A stretch of DNA of 64,000 nucleotides from the NCBI GenBank assembly GCA_003971905.1, contig RSEE01000026.1, positions 310,001 to 374,000 on the forward strand, in the 5' to 3' direction. Below the pieces are notes generated by a model. That model had not been told where the DNA came from. It searched no databases and was given only the letters and a program-made list of their open reading frames with translations. Both the position numbers and the translations under genes were made by a program. The stretch is from Moniliella sp. 'wahieum'. Its lineage: Eukaryota. This document shows positions 13,205 through 26,212 of this stretch, one piece after another. How positions within the stretch are numbered: position 1 is the stretch's first letter; each line of letters starts with the position of its first letter.

Positions 13205-16092
13205 CTGTGGCACACATGCGTGGTGGATGCACTTTTTTCTTGGACACATTTGCCAGTGTGCGAGTGTCATCTCCGCCGCTGTCTGATGGGACACCAGTTG
13301 TAGCGCCGCAGCGTAGCCAAGTAAGTGAGGCGAGCTCACTGTACGCATAACTTCCGCCTATATCCCCATCCCTACCTGATGCGCTCCCAACAATACGCCA
13401 CAATACGTCGAACCTCACAGGATTGACCCCTTCTGATCGGAGAAGGTCAACATGCTATGTCAAAGCTATGTGGTATAGCTGACCGGAAACCCCTCATTCA
13501 TGGTTCTTATAAGAGCAGACAGCCAACTCTGGGAACATTGAACCCGGTCAGAAACGATAGAGATTGGAGGATATCGCTCCTTCGTCGGCGGCAAGGGAGA
13601 CAGAGTCAAGGTACCTGTGAAGTTATCACGAAGAGCAAGGACAAGCCCATGCAAAAGCACGACCAATATTTAAGAAGAGTGGGAAGAGAGGCGCCAACAG
13701 TGTAAAGCCATTAACCCCCCTTCGCCGTGCCAGATGGTGTGTCCGTCTTCTGGTTTTTTAGCCCTGGGTGCCCGCTGGGAGGCGCGCCCACACGGGTTTT
13801 TTTGGGACGGGTCCAAACCCAATTGCGGGGTGTCTCAATGGACCACCGATTGTGCATGTCGGGGGTGGCAGGGGGGTGGGAACTCGTGCAGTACGATGGG
13901 GAGGGGGATTCGACCGACCCGGTGTCGGTCTCATTTGGGAGAGGAAGAAGGGGGTGAGAGGTGGCGCGGAGGACCTCAGTGCCGACCGTTTGGGAGGAGG
14001 TAAGGTGGCCCTGACAGTCACTTGAGTGCGGGCCAACTTTGACGATAGTAGGGAGAAGAGCGTCCGCGTCCTCGTTTACCAACAAAGGTCAAACAGAACG
14101 GAGGGGAATTACTTCACATACCTCCACAAGCTGTGTCTCAACGGCGCAAAACGCATCGGTCTCAGCTAGCTGGGCCCTCGTGGTGACGGAGGCATTGGTG
14201 CCCATCAAAGCGCCAGCGGGCAAAGGGTAAATTTGCGGGAGGAAGTGGAATAAGGAGTGGAGGACAGTGGAGATGGCCACATGCTGTTTTGGAATGCATG
14301 TGCCACGGTGACGATGGCAGTGTGGCGCTGAGCCTCTTGTTAAGCACGCCAGGCTGAGGTGCCACGCAGGTGCCAGAGAACGAGTTGCTTGTCGCGGGGA
14401 TCGTCATGCTCGTTGGTGTCATTATCGTCAATGACGAGGACACAGCCACATCGTCGGGAGGTCACGACTGGAGGAAGGTGCATGTCTGATTCGGTATAAT
14501 GCAGTTCGCACCTGCCCACCTCATCATTTGAAGGGAGAAAGACCCAGTGTCTCTGTGCGACGACTCGATCGAGTTTCCGGGTCGGATTTGAGAAGAAAAG
14601 ATGGCGCATGGAGGTCGGGAGTAGAATGCAAGCGTGCGGAGCAGGAGAACTCCCATCCGCTATTATATGGAGAAGCTGCACATTACCTTCCCCAAGCGGC
14701 ATGCATTACCCCAGATCGAATAGGCGTTGAAGCTGAAGAAAGGCGTGGGAGTATGGTGCTCAGGCGGATTTGCCCTTCGTCCGGGCCGGCGTGCACATCG
14801 GCCTCTCCCTCGCACCTTGCTATATGATATTCGTGCGCGCGAGATGGACGAGACGATCAAATGCCTACACACCTGTTGCCTCCGATTCGACATGAAGTCT
14901 CGCTTCACAACAACAGAGGAGGTCGACTTTGTATGGGACAAGAGGGCATTGATCTCGACTCGATTCCGCGGTCCAAGTAGCTCTTGTTAGCAGGAGTGTG
15001 AATAGCAAAAAGTACCGAAAGCTCAGGCGTCCGGCCCCACTAGCCACTGCCGTGTTCTGCGCAAAAAAAACCACACGGTATCTGCCGCGCATGGCACGAG
15101 TGTGTGGAGTGCACGCTGCCGTAGCAGCAGGTAGCAGCCTGTAGCAGCTGGTACAGTCCCCGCGGGCAATCGTGAATCATTTAAAACAGCCGCATGCTTG
15201 ATACGCGCACACATGGCAGTGCGCATCCACTGGGGCAGACAGACAGCCTTCAAGCATCATGCATGGCGCATGATGCACTCGTAACAACTCGCTAATCGAT
15301 ATGGGTTTGCCCATGCATCATGCATCGGCAGCAGTGCTCTAGTGCTTGCCGATACCACGTTGTCCCGTGCCCGAGGAGCGTGCATGTGCACGGCTTACGA
15401 CAGTCACTAGTCACTAGTCACTAGCTAGTCACATGTGATATCTGACTGCCGGAGTCCCGCCCGGGGCGTTCTTCGCATCTCAGATCCGCACCGTGGGGGC
15501 AGTGTTGGGCGACGATGATCGATGATGCATAGTTTAATGATGCAGGGCTTGGGAAAAGAGCCATGCGTCCAGGGACTGTGCCCTGCGACGGCCTCCTGTG
15601 GCTTGCTGCTCGGTTGCCACTGTACCTGAGGCCTGAGGCCCTGAGGCCGAGGAGCAGATTGCAACGCAAGCTGCCCCCGTGCGTGCGCTCAAATCTGGTC
15701 GGCCAGGGCTCCCCACACTGATAATTGCGACCGCGTGCGGCAGACTGGGACAGTGGGATGCAGCCAGCGCACTTGCGTCTCAGCGCCGGGTGCGTCCTGG
15801 TGCGACTGTGTACGCGACTGAGTGCTCCAAGTGAAGCTAACCGCTTGAGCTCAGCCACGGAAGAAGAGGTTGCCTAGTACGTGCCCGCATGCTGTCCCAG
15901 GGTTGCCAGCTGCCACGACAACCACAACGGCAAACGCTCTTCTGCCCCCGTCCTCTACCACACACGGCAGATACTCCACCACCACCTCGCCCTCGGTTCA
16001 TTCGGTCGTCAGGAGGCTTCTTCACCAGCTTCACGCGTGCCTGTCCTCCTCTTCTTGTGCACTCCCGCTGTCGTCCCCTCGTGTGAGATCAT

Positions 16093-17313
16093 ATGCCGCT
16101 GCCACGAAAGCGTATCTCAGAGCAACTTTCCCCACCCATCACCTCCATGCACCCCTCCCTTGGTACCGCCCTTCCCCCGCAGTCCGTGGCTCGTCCTCGA
16201 CTGCCGCCTCCGCGCGGGCTCTTTTTTGATGCGCCTTCTCCCTCTTTCGGCGCCGCTACGAACCCCGCATCCCTGCATCGTATGTGAACACTCCTTTTCG
16301 TTTCCATCCCCAATGATGAATGATGGCTAACCACAGAAGTGCCCGTAGACACGCCATCATACGGCTCTCATCGTGAGGCATCTCATCCTTCAGGCCTAGA
16401 CTTGCATGGGCCGGCTCCAGTCCCGCCTCCATCACGCATGCCACAGCGCTCCCATTCAGATACAAATCCGTACCACGGGTTGACTCATCCCCTCCACCTC
16501 CCCCCTATGGCTCTGCCCACCCACTTGCTGCCGCTCGTATACGAGGGGGAAGCGCCTCGTCTGCACCACCAGCTCTCGACGGACGAGCCCAACATCTTCA
16601 GCACGCTGTTTCTGAATGGGGCTCTTCTCATTTTCATAATGTGCAAACGCGGCACGATTCTCTCCCTGGCCCACCTGCACATCATACTTCGGCAACCAGA
16701 GGACCTCGGAGTGCAGTGGAAGATCCAAGCCGTGCAGCTTACATTGCCAATCTGGTCCACTCTATCGACCTTCAGCGTTCGTTACGCCCGCGAGTAGGCG
16801 CAAGCGAAGGGCAACCAGCGTGTGACGAATGTCGACGGCGCAAGGTCAAGTAAGTATACTTCTTGTGTTTGCCTCAAATCTCGTCCTAACCCATGTGCCA
16901 CCATCAGATGCGATCGCCAAGCGCCCTGCAGTCGTTGTATCTCGAGCAATCGTTCCTGCACTACGAATGACACATTGATGAGGCGGGGACCGCTAACGAG
17001 AGAACAACGCGCTATCTTTGCCTTTTCCGGTATTACATACGAATCTCATCGCGAGCGCACCAAGAAACGCCGCCTGCTTCAGCAGACCCAACAGGTTCAG
17101 CAACAGGCTTACTCTTCTGTGTTTCCCAACTCGTCTGCAACGCCCCTTTCTCCTCCCACCCCGGGGGAGGGGTGCCGCCATCGTTCCCCTCAGCTATTGC
17201 CGCCAGCCCACCCTCGCCTTCAGAAACATACGACTTGCAGTATGATACGCCCCTACTGAATGGCTGGTCTCGGGCCCCAGAATACGCTTATCCGTCGCGC
17301 CCCGTATGAATAG
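16093..17313 (+). CDS. Zn(II)2Cys6 transcription factor (3' end approximate)
   Basis: ACDECRRRKVK|CDRQAPCSRCISSNRSC assembled across intron 16850-16907 (GTAAGT..CTAAC..CAG); upstream intron 16280-16336 joins ORF 16093 to ORF 16339 in frame. Confidence 0.8.
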
Positions 17314-18765
17314 GTATGATACGGATCGCCGCTGGCATGGCCATTACCGGCCTACAGTGGCCGTGCCGTACTATTAGCTACCTCCCTCATCTCCCAGATC
17401 CGCTCTTCCCCATTCTGTTACGGCTTTTGCAACCGGCCTCCTTTAGTATACTGTTGTTTTTACCTCTTTCCTGACTCCGGTGTATATACATATTGCCTCT
17501 TACTCACTCTTCGCTTCCTGTTTAGCTACCTCCTTAATCTTCTTGTCCCAGTCCTCTTGTGCCGCACATGTGCCTGCCTTTTAGTAGCAATGCTTTCAAC
17601 ACTATGACAGTTGTCGAACGATCCATGAACGAAATACCGTATACGCACAGCCCATATTGGTTGAGATTCCAAAAACTACTCCCCGAGTTCTGGAACCAGA
17701 AGCGTTTGGTGGATCAGGAAAGGAGGTCCACACCCTGAGATATTCGGTCACAAAAGAGGCTATGGCTGCGTACCGGTATTTGATACACGAGGGAATCGCA
17801 ACCTCTTTGGAAGTCCGGGAGACGGAGGATTGTTTCGACGGTTGGAGCAAACGGAACGCGATAAGAATGCGAAGTATACCACAGAGACGTACTAAAGAAT
17901 CTCCCTTCTTGCCCCTGATCATGACGGGCTGCGAGTAATACTATGCCCCCAAGACGGCCAACAAGATCTTTGAGCACTACAAGTGCCTTTCACCAATGGG
18001 TATTAGTGAAGATGGCTCATCCCTCACATGCTTAGTATCATGTTCGTTTTTGTATCCACACACGCTTTACTTCGCTTTGTAAGCGAATTGGGACCTAGAA
18101 GTCCCTGACGTGCTGGCGACTCCATTGCTTTACGAGTAGAACACGCCGGATGAGCGAACCAAATATGCGCTGCGTTTCTTGCTCCCAGCCTTAGGCTCTG
18201 TGGATGATGGTATGGATCATTCCATTATATGAAGAGTTGGCTAGAACGCATCCGACTGTTAGCCCAGTGTTGCATTCCATTCCCGGAAACGAGGAAAGAG
18301 TGATGGCCTAGCTTCAGGTATAGCGACTCAGTTTTGTGTTTTCGGGAGGTCGGGTTTGAGCCTAACATGGAACGACGTATTTGTCATCCCCGTCACTCTA
18401 CTGGAGCAAATCAGGAACTTATGTGCCCCCCCCTTCTTCTCCCCACCTTCTACCTCCAGCAGTGCCGAATCGAAACCTCTACCACCGATCCAACCTGCCT
18501 AATAAATGGTTTGTGATTGCGTTGTATGAGCATGTGGCCGGTAACCCAGTGCCATGTTTTGGCCGAAGTACACATATACTTTCCATTGACGCGCGTGTAA
18601 CCTAGGCTGTGCATCCCGTGGGGTAAGTATATCGTAAAGACCAGCATATTTCCAAAGTATACAAGTGCGATAGATCACAGCGAATATGGTTGAGCTCGCC
18701 AGAAAGCATGCAAAGGCAATTTCTGATGGGGCATGAAAAGCAGGGGCTAACTGATACAGTGTGAG

Positions 18766-19752
18766 CTAAGTCACGTTTAACTTCCCCAGGGCTTGGCTCA
18801 GCCCATCCGCGTCGCTGCTGTCCTTGGTTGCCTTGGAAGACGGGAAGGTATGGATCGAGCCCGACACTCCCGGCATGGTGAAATCGGACGAAGTAAAGAG
18901 GTCGTCTTCATCATCATCCGCCCAATCAACCACTTCACTAGCCCACTCGCTGAGCGATAGGGACAGCTGGGGCAGTAGAAGACGGAGCTGAAGGAGGAAC
19001 GGGCGTGTTGGATGGAAGAGGTGCGGCCAGGGGCTTTTCCGGTGAACGCGGGGACGACACCGCCCCAGAGGAGTCATGCTTGCCATGTCCCCCACGCTTC
19101 CCACGCCCGCGATTAGGGGGTTGCGGCCTACGCGCTGATGCAGACTCGGTACATTTCCGGGAGGGACGGAGAGGTGATGGTGCGACCTCCTCTCGTACAG
19201 GCGGAGCGTACTTCGATCCGGCTGACCCTGGCGTTTTTGCGGGAGAGCGCGGCGCATGGGATGTGGTGCCCTTTTGGGGGTTCGGTTCTTCTCATTCTTT
19301 TCAGGAGAGGAGTTCAGTGTGTCGGCGGATTTTTTAGCTGGAGACGATAGCGGAGACGGAGCGTAACGCGAGGAGAATGATGACGGAGGTCGGTCGGAGT
19401 AGGCATCATGCTCCCATCGGGAAGCCATGTCGGCACGCGTGTGAGGTAAAGGCACATGGCCTTGGCGTCGGGGTGAAGAAGAGGGTTCGGAGGATGACGA
19501 GGATGGTGGGGCAGGATGTTCAAGACCGAGAGCTACTCGCACAGCGTTGCCTCGGGGAGCGTTGGTCTGGGCCTTCTTGGCCTCCACGCGTTGGGAGCGG
19601 AAGCGGGGGACGTCTTCAACAGGGGTGTAGCCTGGCTTGACTTTGCGTTCGCGGCGCACGGAGCCGTCTGCACGTACGCTCTGGGGGACTACGCGCTGCT
19701 GGGTGGCAGCGTCAACGGCAATGCCGGACGCGGGAGTGGACGTGTCGGACAT
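18766..19752 (-). CDS. PYM1: PYM/WIBG (partner of Y14-Mago) family protein
   Basis: N-terminal Mago-binding motif RVVPQSVRADGSVRRERKVKPGYTPVEDVPRF, followed by a low-complexity tail. Confidence 0.8.
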   Translation of the reverse strand: MSDTSTPASGIAVDAATQQRVVPQSVRADGSVRRERKVKPGYTPVEDVPRFRSQRVEAKKAQTNAPRGNAVRVALGLEHPAPPSSSSSEPSSSPRRQGHVPLPHTRADMASRWEHDAYSDRPPSSFSSRYAPSPLSSPAKKSADTLNSSPEKNEKNRTPKRAPHPMRRALPQKRQGQPDRSTLRLYERRSHHHLSVPPGNVPSLHQRVGRNPLIAGVGSVGDMASMTPLGRCRPRVHRKSPWPHLFHPTRPFLLQLRLLLPQLSLSLSEWASEVVDWADDDEDDLFTSSDFTMPGVSGSIHTFPSSKATKDSSDADGLSQALGKLNVT

Positions 19753-20418
19753 GGGACCGAGGGGATGGTGGGGCCGCGTGGCACGTGGTTCGGCGCCAGG
19801 CAAAGCGGGATGGCAGGCGCTGAAGTTCAACGTTCAGGCCTCAGGCTTCAAGCTTCAAGCGTTGAAATTGCAAGCTTCAGTCTTCAGCTGAAGACTCAGA
19901 TCGAGCCGATAGCCTGCCTCCAATTGGCGCAACCAGCAACCACCCCGACGGGGCAGACAAGACCCGCCCCCCGTACGTAATCGCCAGAAGGGAGGCCCTG
20001 GCCACCTCGAATGCCCGCTTGAGCCCCAGTCCAGACCCCCCAGTCCGTCCAGGGCCAAGCCAGGTCTTGTAGCTCTCCATTGGCGCATCCTCCGATAGCA
20101 ACACGACGCGTGACGCATCCGAAGCGCGGCGCAGCCATGGACCGGCGGTAGGGTTGCAGCCAAGCGAGGGTTGGTGTCACGTGATCTATAGGTGAGCGAC
20201 CGGTGATGGGTCTCGTGGCCGGTCGAAGCGGGCCGAAAGTTTCAATTGCACAGGTGGCGAGCGCGGAGCATGGCAGAACATCTTTCCCGCTGCACCGCGC
20301 CAGTGTGCGGCGCCTGGCCCACGAACACGAACGCGCCCCCTCGGCCAAGCCCCTCCGGCCCAGCGCTGCCTGCCTCCACCACCCTCTCGGCCGCCCTCCA
20401 CCTCTCCTTGCCCCCAAC

Positions 20419-22141
20419 ATGTCTGGCCAGCAGCAGGTGTTCGTCATGAACACGGGCCCCGAGCGGCAGCACGGCCGCAAGGCCCAGATCAGCAACATCC
20501 AGGCCGCCAAGACGGTGGCGGACGTGATCCGCACCTGCCTTGGCCCCAAGGCCATGCTCAAGATGATCCTTGACCCCATGGGCGGCATCCTGCTCACCAA
20601 CGACGGCAACGCTATTCTCCGCGAAATCGAGGTTGCCCACCCGGCTGCAAAAAGCATGATCGAGCTCAGCAGGACCCAAGATGAGGAGGTAGGCGACGGC
20701 ACGACCTCGGTCATCATTCTCGGTGCGCTCCCTGTGCTCGTTCCATTCCTCCCCAATTGCAGGTTGCTGACCCCCCACCCTTGTCTCTAGCCGGCGAAAT
20801 TTTGGCCCAATCTCTGCCTCACTTGGAGCGCGGTCTTCACCCCGTTGTCATCATCTCAGCCTATAAAAAGGCACTTGCCGAGGCACTTCGCATCATTGAT
20901 TCCATCTCCGTCCGGTCAAGGTCGATGACGACAAGGAGATGCTGGCGCTCATCAAGACGTCGATCGGGACCAAGTTTGTTAACCGGTGGTCGGACTTGAT
21001 GTGCAACCTGGCACTCAAGGCGGTCCGCACTGTGTCCGACAATGATCCCAGTGGCGCTGGCCTGACCGTCGACATTAAGCGCTACGCTCGCGTCGAGAAG
21101 GTCCCTGGTGGTGAAATTGAGGAGTCTCGCGTGTTGGACGGCGTAATGATCAACAAGGATGTCACTCATCCCAAAATGCGCAGGCGGATCGAGAACCCCC
21201 GGATCATCCTCTTGGACTGTGCGCTTGAGTACAAGAAGGGGGAGAGCCAAACCAACATTGAGATTACCAAGGAATCGGACTGGGAGAAAATTCTCCAGAT
21301 CGAGGAGGAGCAGATCAAGAGCATGGCCGACAAGCTCATTGCTTTCAAGCCGGACTTGATCATCACCGAGAAGGGTGTTTCGGACCTGGCCCAGCACTTC
21401 TTCATGAAGGCCGGCATTACTGCTCTTCGTCGTGTGCGCAAGTCGGACAACAACCGCATTGCTCGTGCGACGGGCGCGACCATTGTCAACCGGATTGAAG
21501 ATCTCAAGGAAAGTGACGTGGGAACCAAGTGCGGCTTGTTCCACATTGAAAAGCTGGGCGATGAATACTTCACCTACTTGGAAAAGTGCCGCGAGCCTAA
21601 GGCTTGCACTATCCTTCTTCGTGGACCCAGCAAGGACATTCTCAACGAGGTGGACCGTAACCTCGCGGATGCTATGAGTGTTGCTCGCAACGTGGTCTTC
21701 AACCCTGCTCTCGCCCCCGGTGGTGGTGCAACCGAGATGGCTGTCAGCATTGGTCTCGGTGAGTTTGCTCGCTCTGTGGGCGGAGTTGAAGAAGGTCCGA
21801 TCCAGGCCGTGGCTGGGGCGATGGAGGTTATTCCCCGCACCCTCACCCAGAACTGTGGCGGCAACGCGCTACGCGTCTTGACCGAGCTGCGCGCGAAGCA
21901 CGCCAATGGTGATTCGTCCTTCGGCATTGATGGCGACACGGGTAAGATCGTTGACATGAAGGAGTATGGCCTTTACGAGTCGGCGGCAGTCAAGATTCAG
22001 ACGCTCAAAACGGCGATTGAGTCGGCGTCACTGCTGTTGCGTGTTGATGATGTCGTTTCAGCCCGCCGGCCTGGCGGCGGCAGGGGAGGACAGCCGGCGG
22101 TTCAAGATATGGGGGGTGCGCCCGAAGGCATGGCTGCCTAA
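20419..22141 (+). CDS. CCT3: T-complex protein 1 subunit gamma (CCT/TRiC)
   Basis: VFVMNTGPERQHGRKAQISNIQAAK, RTCLGPKAMLKM, GDGTTSV, DIKRYARVEKVPGG; intron 20723-20790. Confidence 0.97.
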
Positions 22142-23345
22142 AGGGTTGCCTTGTTTCGGAACTACACAATAATCCTTCTGCCTCTGCTTGCTGTAGTGAG
22201 GACTGGACAGCTTTGACAAACACTAGGCACGTCGAGGTAAACAACGCGCTACTTGCATAGTGTATCGTCGGAGCATTGAACGAGTTGAATGATGATAGCC
22301 AGAATACTTCCCTCCAAGCAAGCCGTGTAAAGACGTGTGGCGCTTTGCGCTGCATTGTGGATTTTGACCAGACAGGGGGGGTTCCTGCCGCCACACTGAG
22401 GGTAGCTTGGTCCTTGATTTAGGGCACGCGCCGGTCGCCAAATCCAGACAAAGCACTGGTGGTACCGCCAGCCAAGACAATGTGACCAAACATTATAGAT
22501 GTCCTGCGTTCAATGGTCCAGGTCGACAGGCATGATGGACTTGAGGATAAGATGGCAAAAGCCGAGCAAAGGGATCCGCTTTTCGAGAAAAAAAAAAGCA
22601 GCGGGACGCCTTGTTTTGTGAGGATAGTGTAAAGAGGACTTCGGACGCTTCACCAGAGCGCGTTGGTAGTTTTGAGCTTGGTATATGCGGGCTGTTCGTT
22701 CTCCACAGTTGTTCCCTCACTGCCTGCATAAACCCACCTAATAAAACAGCCACAGCCGAGGCTTGGGTCGACCAATCTGCCAACTAACTCTTCGTCGTCG
22801 TTGGACTCTCCTCAACTACTTCCCAAAGCGTCATTCACAAAGTAAAGCCTGCACTCGACCCATTGACTCTGTGCAACCAACTGTACCACCTATGCCCTCC
22901 ATTCAAGCTTCTTCTTCTTCCCTGCTGAAGAGAGACGTGTTCGATCGTGCCTGTGCATTTCTTCAACCCCATGCATAGGTTCGGGATTGTTGCATGAAGG
23001 CCTCGCCCTGATCCAGAGTTGCTCTGCTTGAATCCACCACATCCACATCTTTCCCTTTGTCGTAGCGTGCCAACTACCACATGTCCCAGGGAAACAGACT
23101 GATGGTCCTGGGGGAGCTGAGCAAAATAAGGCACTTCTAATGGAACCCGGCGTAGCTGAGATTCATGTCATGATCATGGGAAGAGAAGGCCAACGAAACA
23201 AGCAGAGAGCGGAAGAACGTGCACAGAACATGCATTGGGAGACAGTACAAGTGGTATCTTGCTTCTTGCCAGGCCCCCAATCAGAGTGGGTGGAATGCAT
23301 GATGCATAACCCACAGCCCTCGCAGAGAAGCAGAGGAACTGGCCA

Positions 23346-24443
23346 TCATTCCTTCTTCTCATCCTTCTCAATTGCCGAGTCTGGAATGTTGTCCGCTACC
23401 GGGGCCGAGCGGAACTTGGACTTGGCCACCTGGAGCAGCGGGTCGTCCTTTTCCATTGGCTGGCGGTACGAGCCCCCGAGACGGTCAAACCCAGTAAAGT
23501 ACTGGCCATAGTTGACGGTAAAGTAGATGTGGTGTAGAGTGTGGTGAGCAGGGCCATTGATGACCTTCTCAAAGGGGGTGTTGGTGATCATGTCACTGTC
23601 GTGGATCAAGATGCTCCACATGTTGACAAAGCCAAAGAGGCCAATGTAAAGCAACTTGTGCAACGGGAAAAGGTAGACGAAAATGTGGTACGGAAGCGAT
23701 TGGGCGTATCCATCCAAAGGGTGGAACGCGTGGGAAGCAAACGGGGTCGGTACGATCCACTTGTGATGAGGCTTGTGCACGTGCTTGTAAAGCAGCGGGT
23801 GATGCCAGGCGGTGCACCCAATAAATGCAAAAGTCGGTAAAGACAAGGAACCAACCAACCGAGAAGAAAATGTACGTCCAGCCCCCAAGTCCCCAAGACT
23901 TGTCAGCCCAGGGCCCTTCACTGATGGATGCGTACATTCTTGAGCAGCCGTTCACACCTCCCACACCAAGGCACAGTGAGGAGATCCAGAACGGGGAAGG
24001 CAGCGAGGGAACAGTTGATCTCCCTTCTGACTTGGTTTGCCAAAAACGCGGGTGCCGCATCATGTCCTTATTGTAGATCCAGCGGTAACTGGCGCCAGCC
24101 ATACTGAAGTAGAGCAGCAGAATTCCAATGTAGGTGATTGTGAAGAGCGAGACGAATTGACGAACAAGGTTGGAGCGCGGCAAAGCGCTTAGGCCCGACA
24201 AGCGCGCCCAGTCCAAGGCGCTGTAAACTGGGGGTGCTGTTTCGCCTCCAAGTGACAGGATTGATGTTACCATGGCCACTGCCGGAGGCAACGCCAAGGC
24301 CGCCTGAGTCTGGGCGTCACGCACAAACGATTGAGCAACGCCGTGCTGTGTGAAAAGACGAGCGACTTGGGCGAGGCCGGTAGGAGCCAAGCCCAGACCG
24401 AGTCGAGAGCGTACTCGTCGGCAACTTCAAGAACAACGTCCAT
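23346..24443 (-). CDS. ERG3: C-5 sterol desaturase
   Basis: [11 protein letters not shown] start; [11 protein letters not shown]; His boxes [23 protein letters not shown] and [19 protein letters not shown]. Confidence 0.95.
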
Positions 24444-24566
24444 CGCAGCGTCGGTGCTCAGGGGGGGTAGCGCTATGGGGCGACCAACCAGGGCGGTAAA
24501 AAAAAGGCGGCGCGGGCGGGTCAGGAAGGAACAGGGTGCGGAGAAGCGTCCGAGCCTGGCACCAGG

Positions 24567-24576
24567 TCGTATACGA
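24567..24576. promoter_or_regulatory. Palindrome TCGTATACGA containing SRE-like TCGTATA on both strands, about 125 bp upstream of ERG3
   Basis: Sequence read directly; TCGTATA is the yeast Upc2/Ecm22 sterol response element; function is inferred. Confidence 0.35.
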
Positions 24577-26212
24577 AGTGGTTGGGGTTGGTGGTGCCGG
24601 GAAAAAAAGGCCAGCGAGGCGCCAGTAAAAAGACCGTCTGCCGCCAAGCACAACTGTGCAGATCATCCATCCTCTCAGCCAGACACGATTGGCCTCAGAT
24701 GAGGTCGGCGTCAGCGCGCCGGTGGAAGTGTTGACGCGTGAGGTGTGATGCGTGGTGCTTGCAGCCTGAGGCTTGGGGTGACAGTGGGCAAGTGCGGGCA
24801 ACCCTAGCGCAGCATCGATGCGCGGGACTGCATGCGCCTGCTCTCTCTCCGCGGATGCAGGCGGGCTCAGATGCGCCGATGCGCTGATGCGGCTCTGTGA
24901 CAGTGGCACATGGGCTCCCGCAGATGCGGCTGCTACACGCAGCAGCCCGGCAGTGGAGCCCGATGGGCTCATTGTGGTTGTCACCGTCTCGCCAGTGGCG
25001 GTAGCTGGTCCATAATGCATAACCAGTAGTAGCTAGTAGGGCCTCGTAGGGCTGGAATAACCCCGAGCGTCTGTGCACTTGAAGCTTGAACGCCGTGTTG
25101 TCAACGCCAGCCCCAGCACTCGGCCTTACAGCTCGGACGTCTGCAGATGTTGAGCAGCGTTGTGCCTATCGCTGTGTGTGCAAGGGTGCGATCATACGGT
25201 AGCCGACAGAGTTGACGTTATTCATGCTCTTGGGCGTCCAGCTTCATTGCAACTAGCGGTAACCATCTCAGCCTGAGATCGATGCAAGCTCAGCCTGAGC
25301 GTTGAGGCTCAGTCCTTGCCCCCGTCGTCTATTCCATAGGATGCAATGTGTGTCTCTCCCCCCGTTAAGCTCATCAAGCTTCAAGCCGGTATCAGATGTC
25401 ATGAGATCAGGTTGGCAGTGTGGTGCGGGGCGGTGTACCCACCAGGGTAAAACGCAAGAGTACTGACTACTTGCAGGAAATATCAATAAACGAATATTGG
25501 ATTGAATGTATGAGGAAGAAAACGCGTGTTGAATGAATGTGGGGGCATTGGGTGATGTGAAAAAGCTTGGGGCAGAAGCACCAATTCACGACCTTTGTTG
25601 TCCCTCTTCGCATCCAAGGCGTGCTTTTGGCGACTTTTTGACCCGACCCGTCATGGCCTCGACCGTCCTACGTCGACTCCCAACGCGAAGAAGGGAGGAG
25701 GAAGACGAGAAGCTCAGGGCGAGCTTCGAAAGTGCCCACTAGCATGAACGGAACAATTCTTTCTCTGGCAAGAGTTAGCAGGATGGGCAGGGTATTACTC
25801 TCGTTTGGCGCGAACACATGGTTGGTTCCATATGTGCATTCCTTTCTTCGCGAGTACTTGAGGACTAGGTCGGCCCGTTGGCAGGAGTGAGCGTAGACCG
25901 GTGGTGGTGGTGGTGGCATGGGACGATGCAAAACTGGGTTGAGCCAGCAGGAAGAAAAAAAACGGCGGTGGTTTGAGGTGCTTAGGTGTAGGTAACCATA
26001 TATTACGTCAGAATGCGCCCGCGCAGAGGCGGTGGCAGCGGGAGGATGGGCACAAGGACAGTGTTGGTGCCACGTGTTGCTCTGGCCTGCCTGAGGCACG
26101 CTGGCTGGCTGGCTGGCTGGCTGGCTAGCAGGGGGCTTCGCTGGCGCGTGTAGCTCCACACAGCTCGCCGCTGGCGCTTGCTGCCGATCCACCACCGCTT
26201 CGGTCTGCCACG

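Noticed and set aside
17400..18760. AT-richer stretch with short ORFs as a gene or TE fragment
   Set aside because: No recognisable motif, terminal repeats or consistent splice pattern
26100..26126. (GCTG)n microsatellite upstream of the ENTH gene
   Set aside because: Ordinary simple repeat with no further structure
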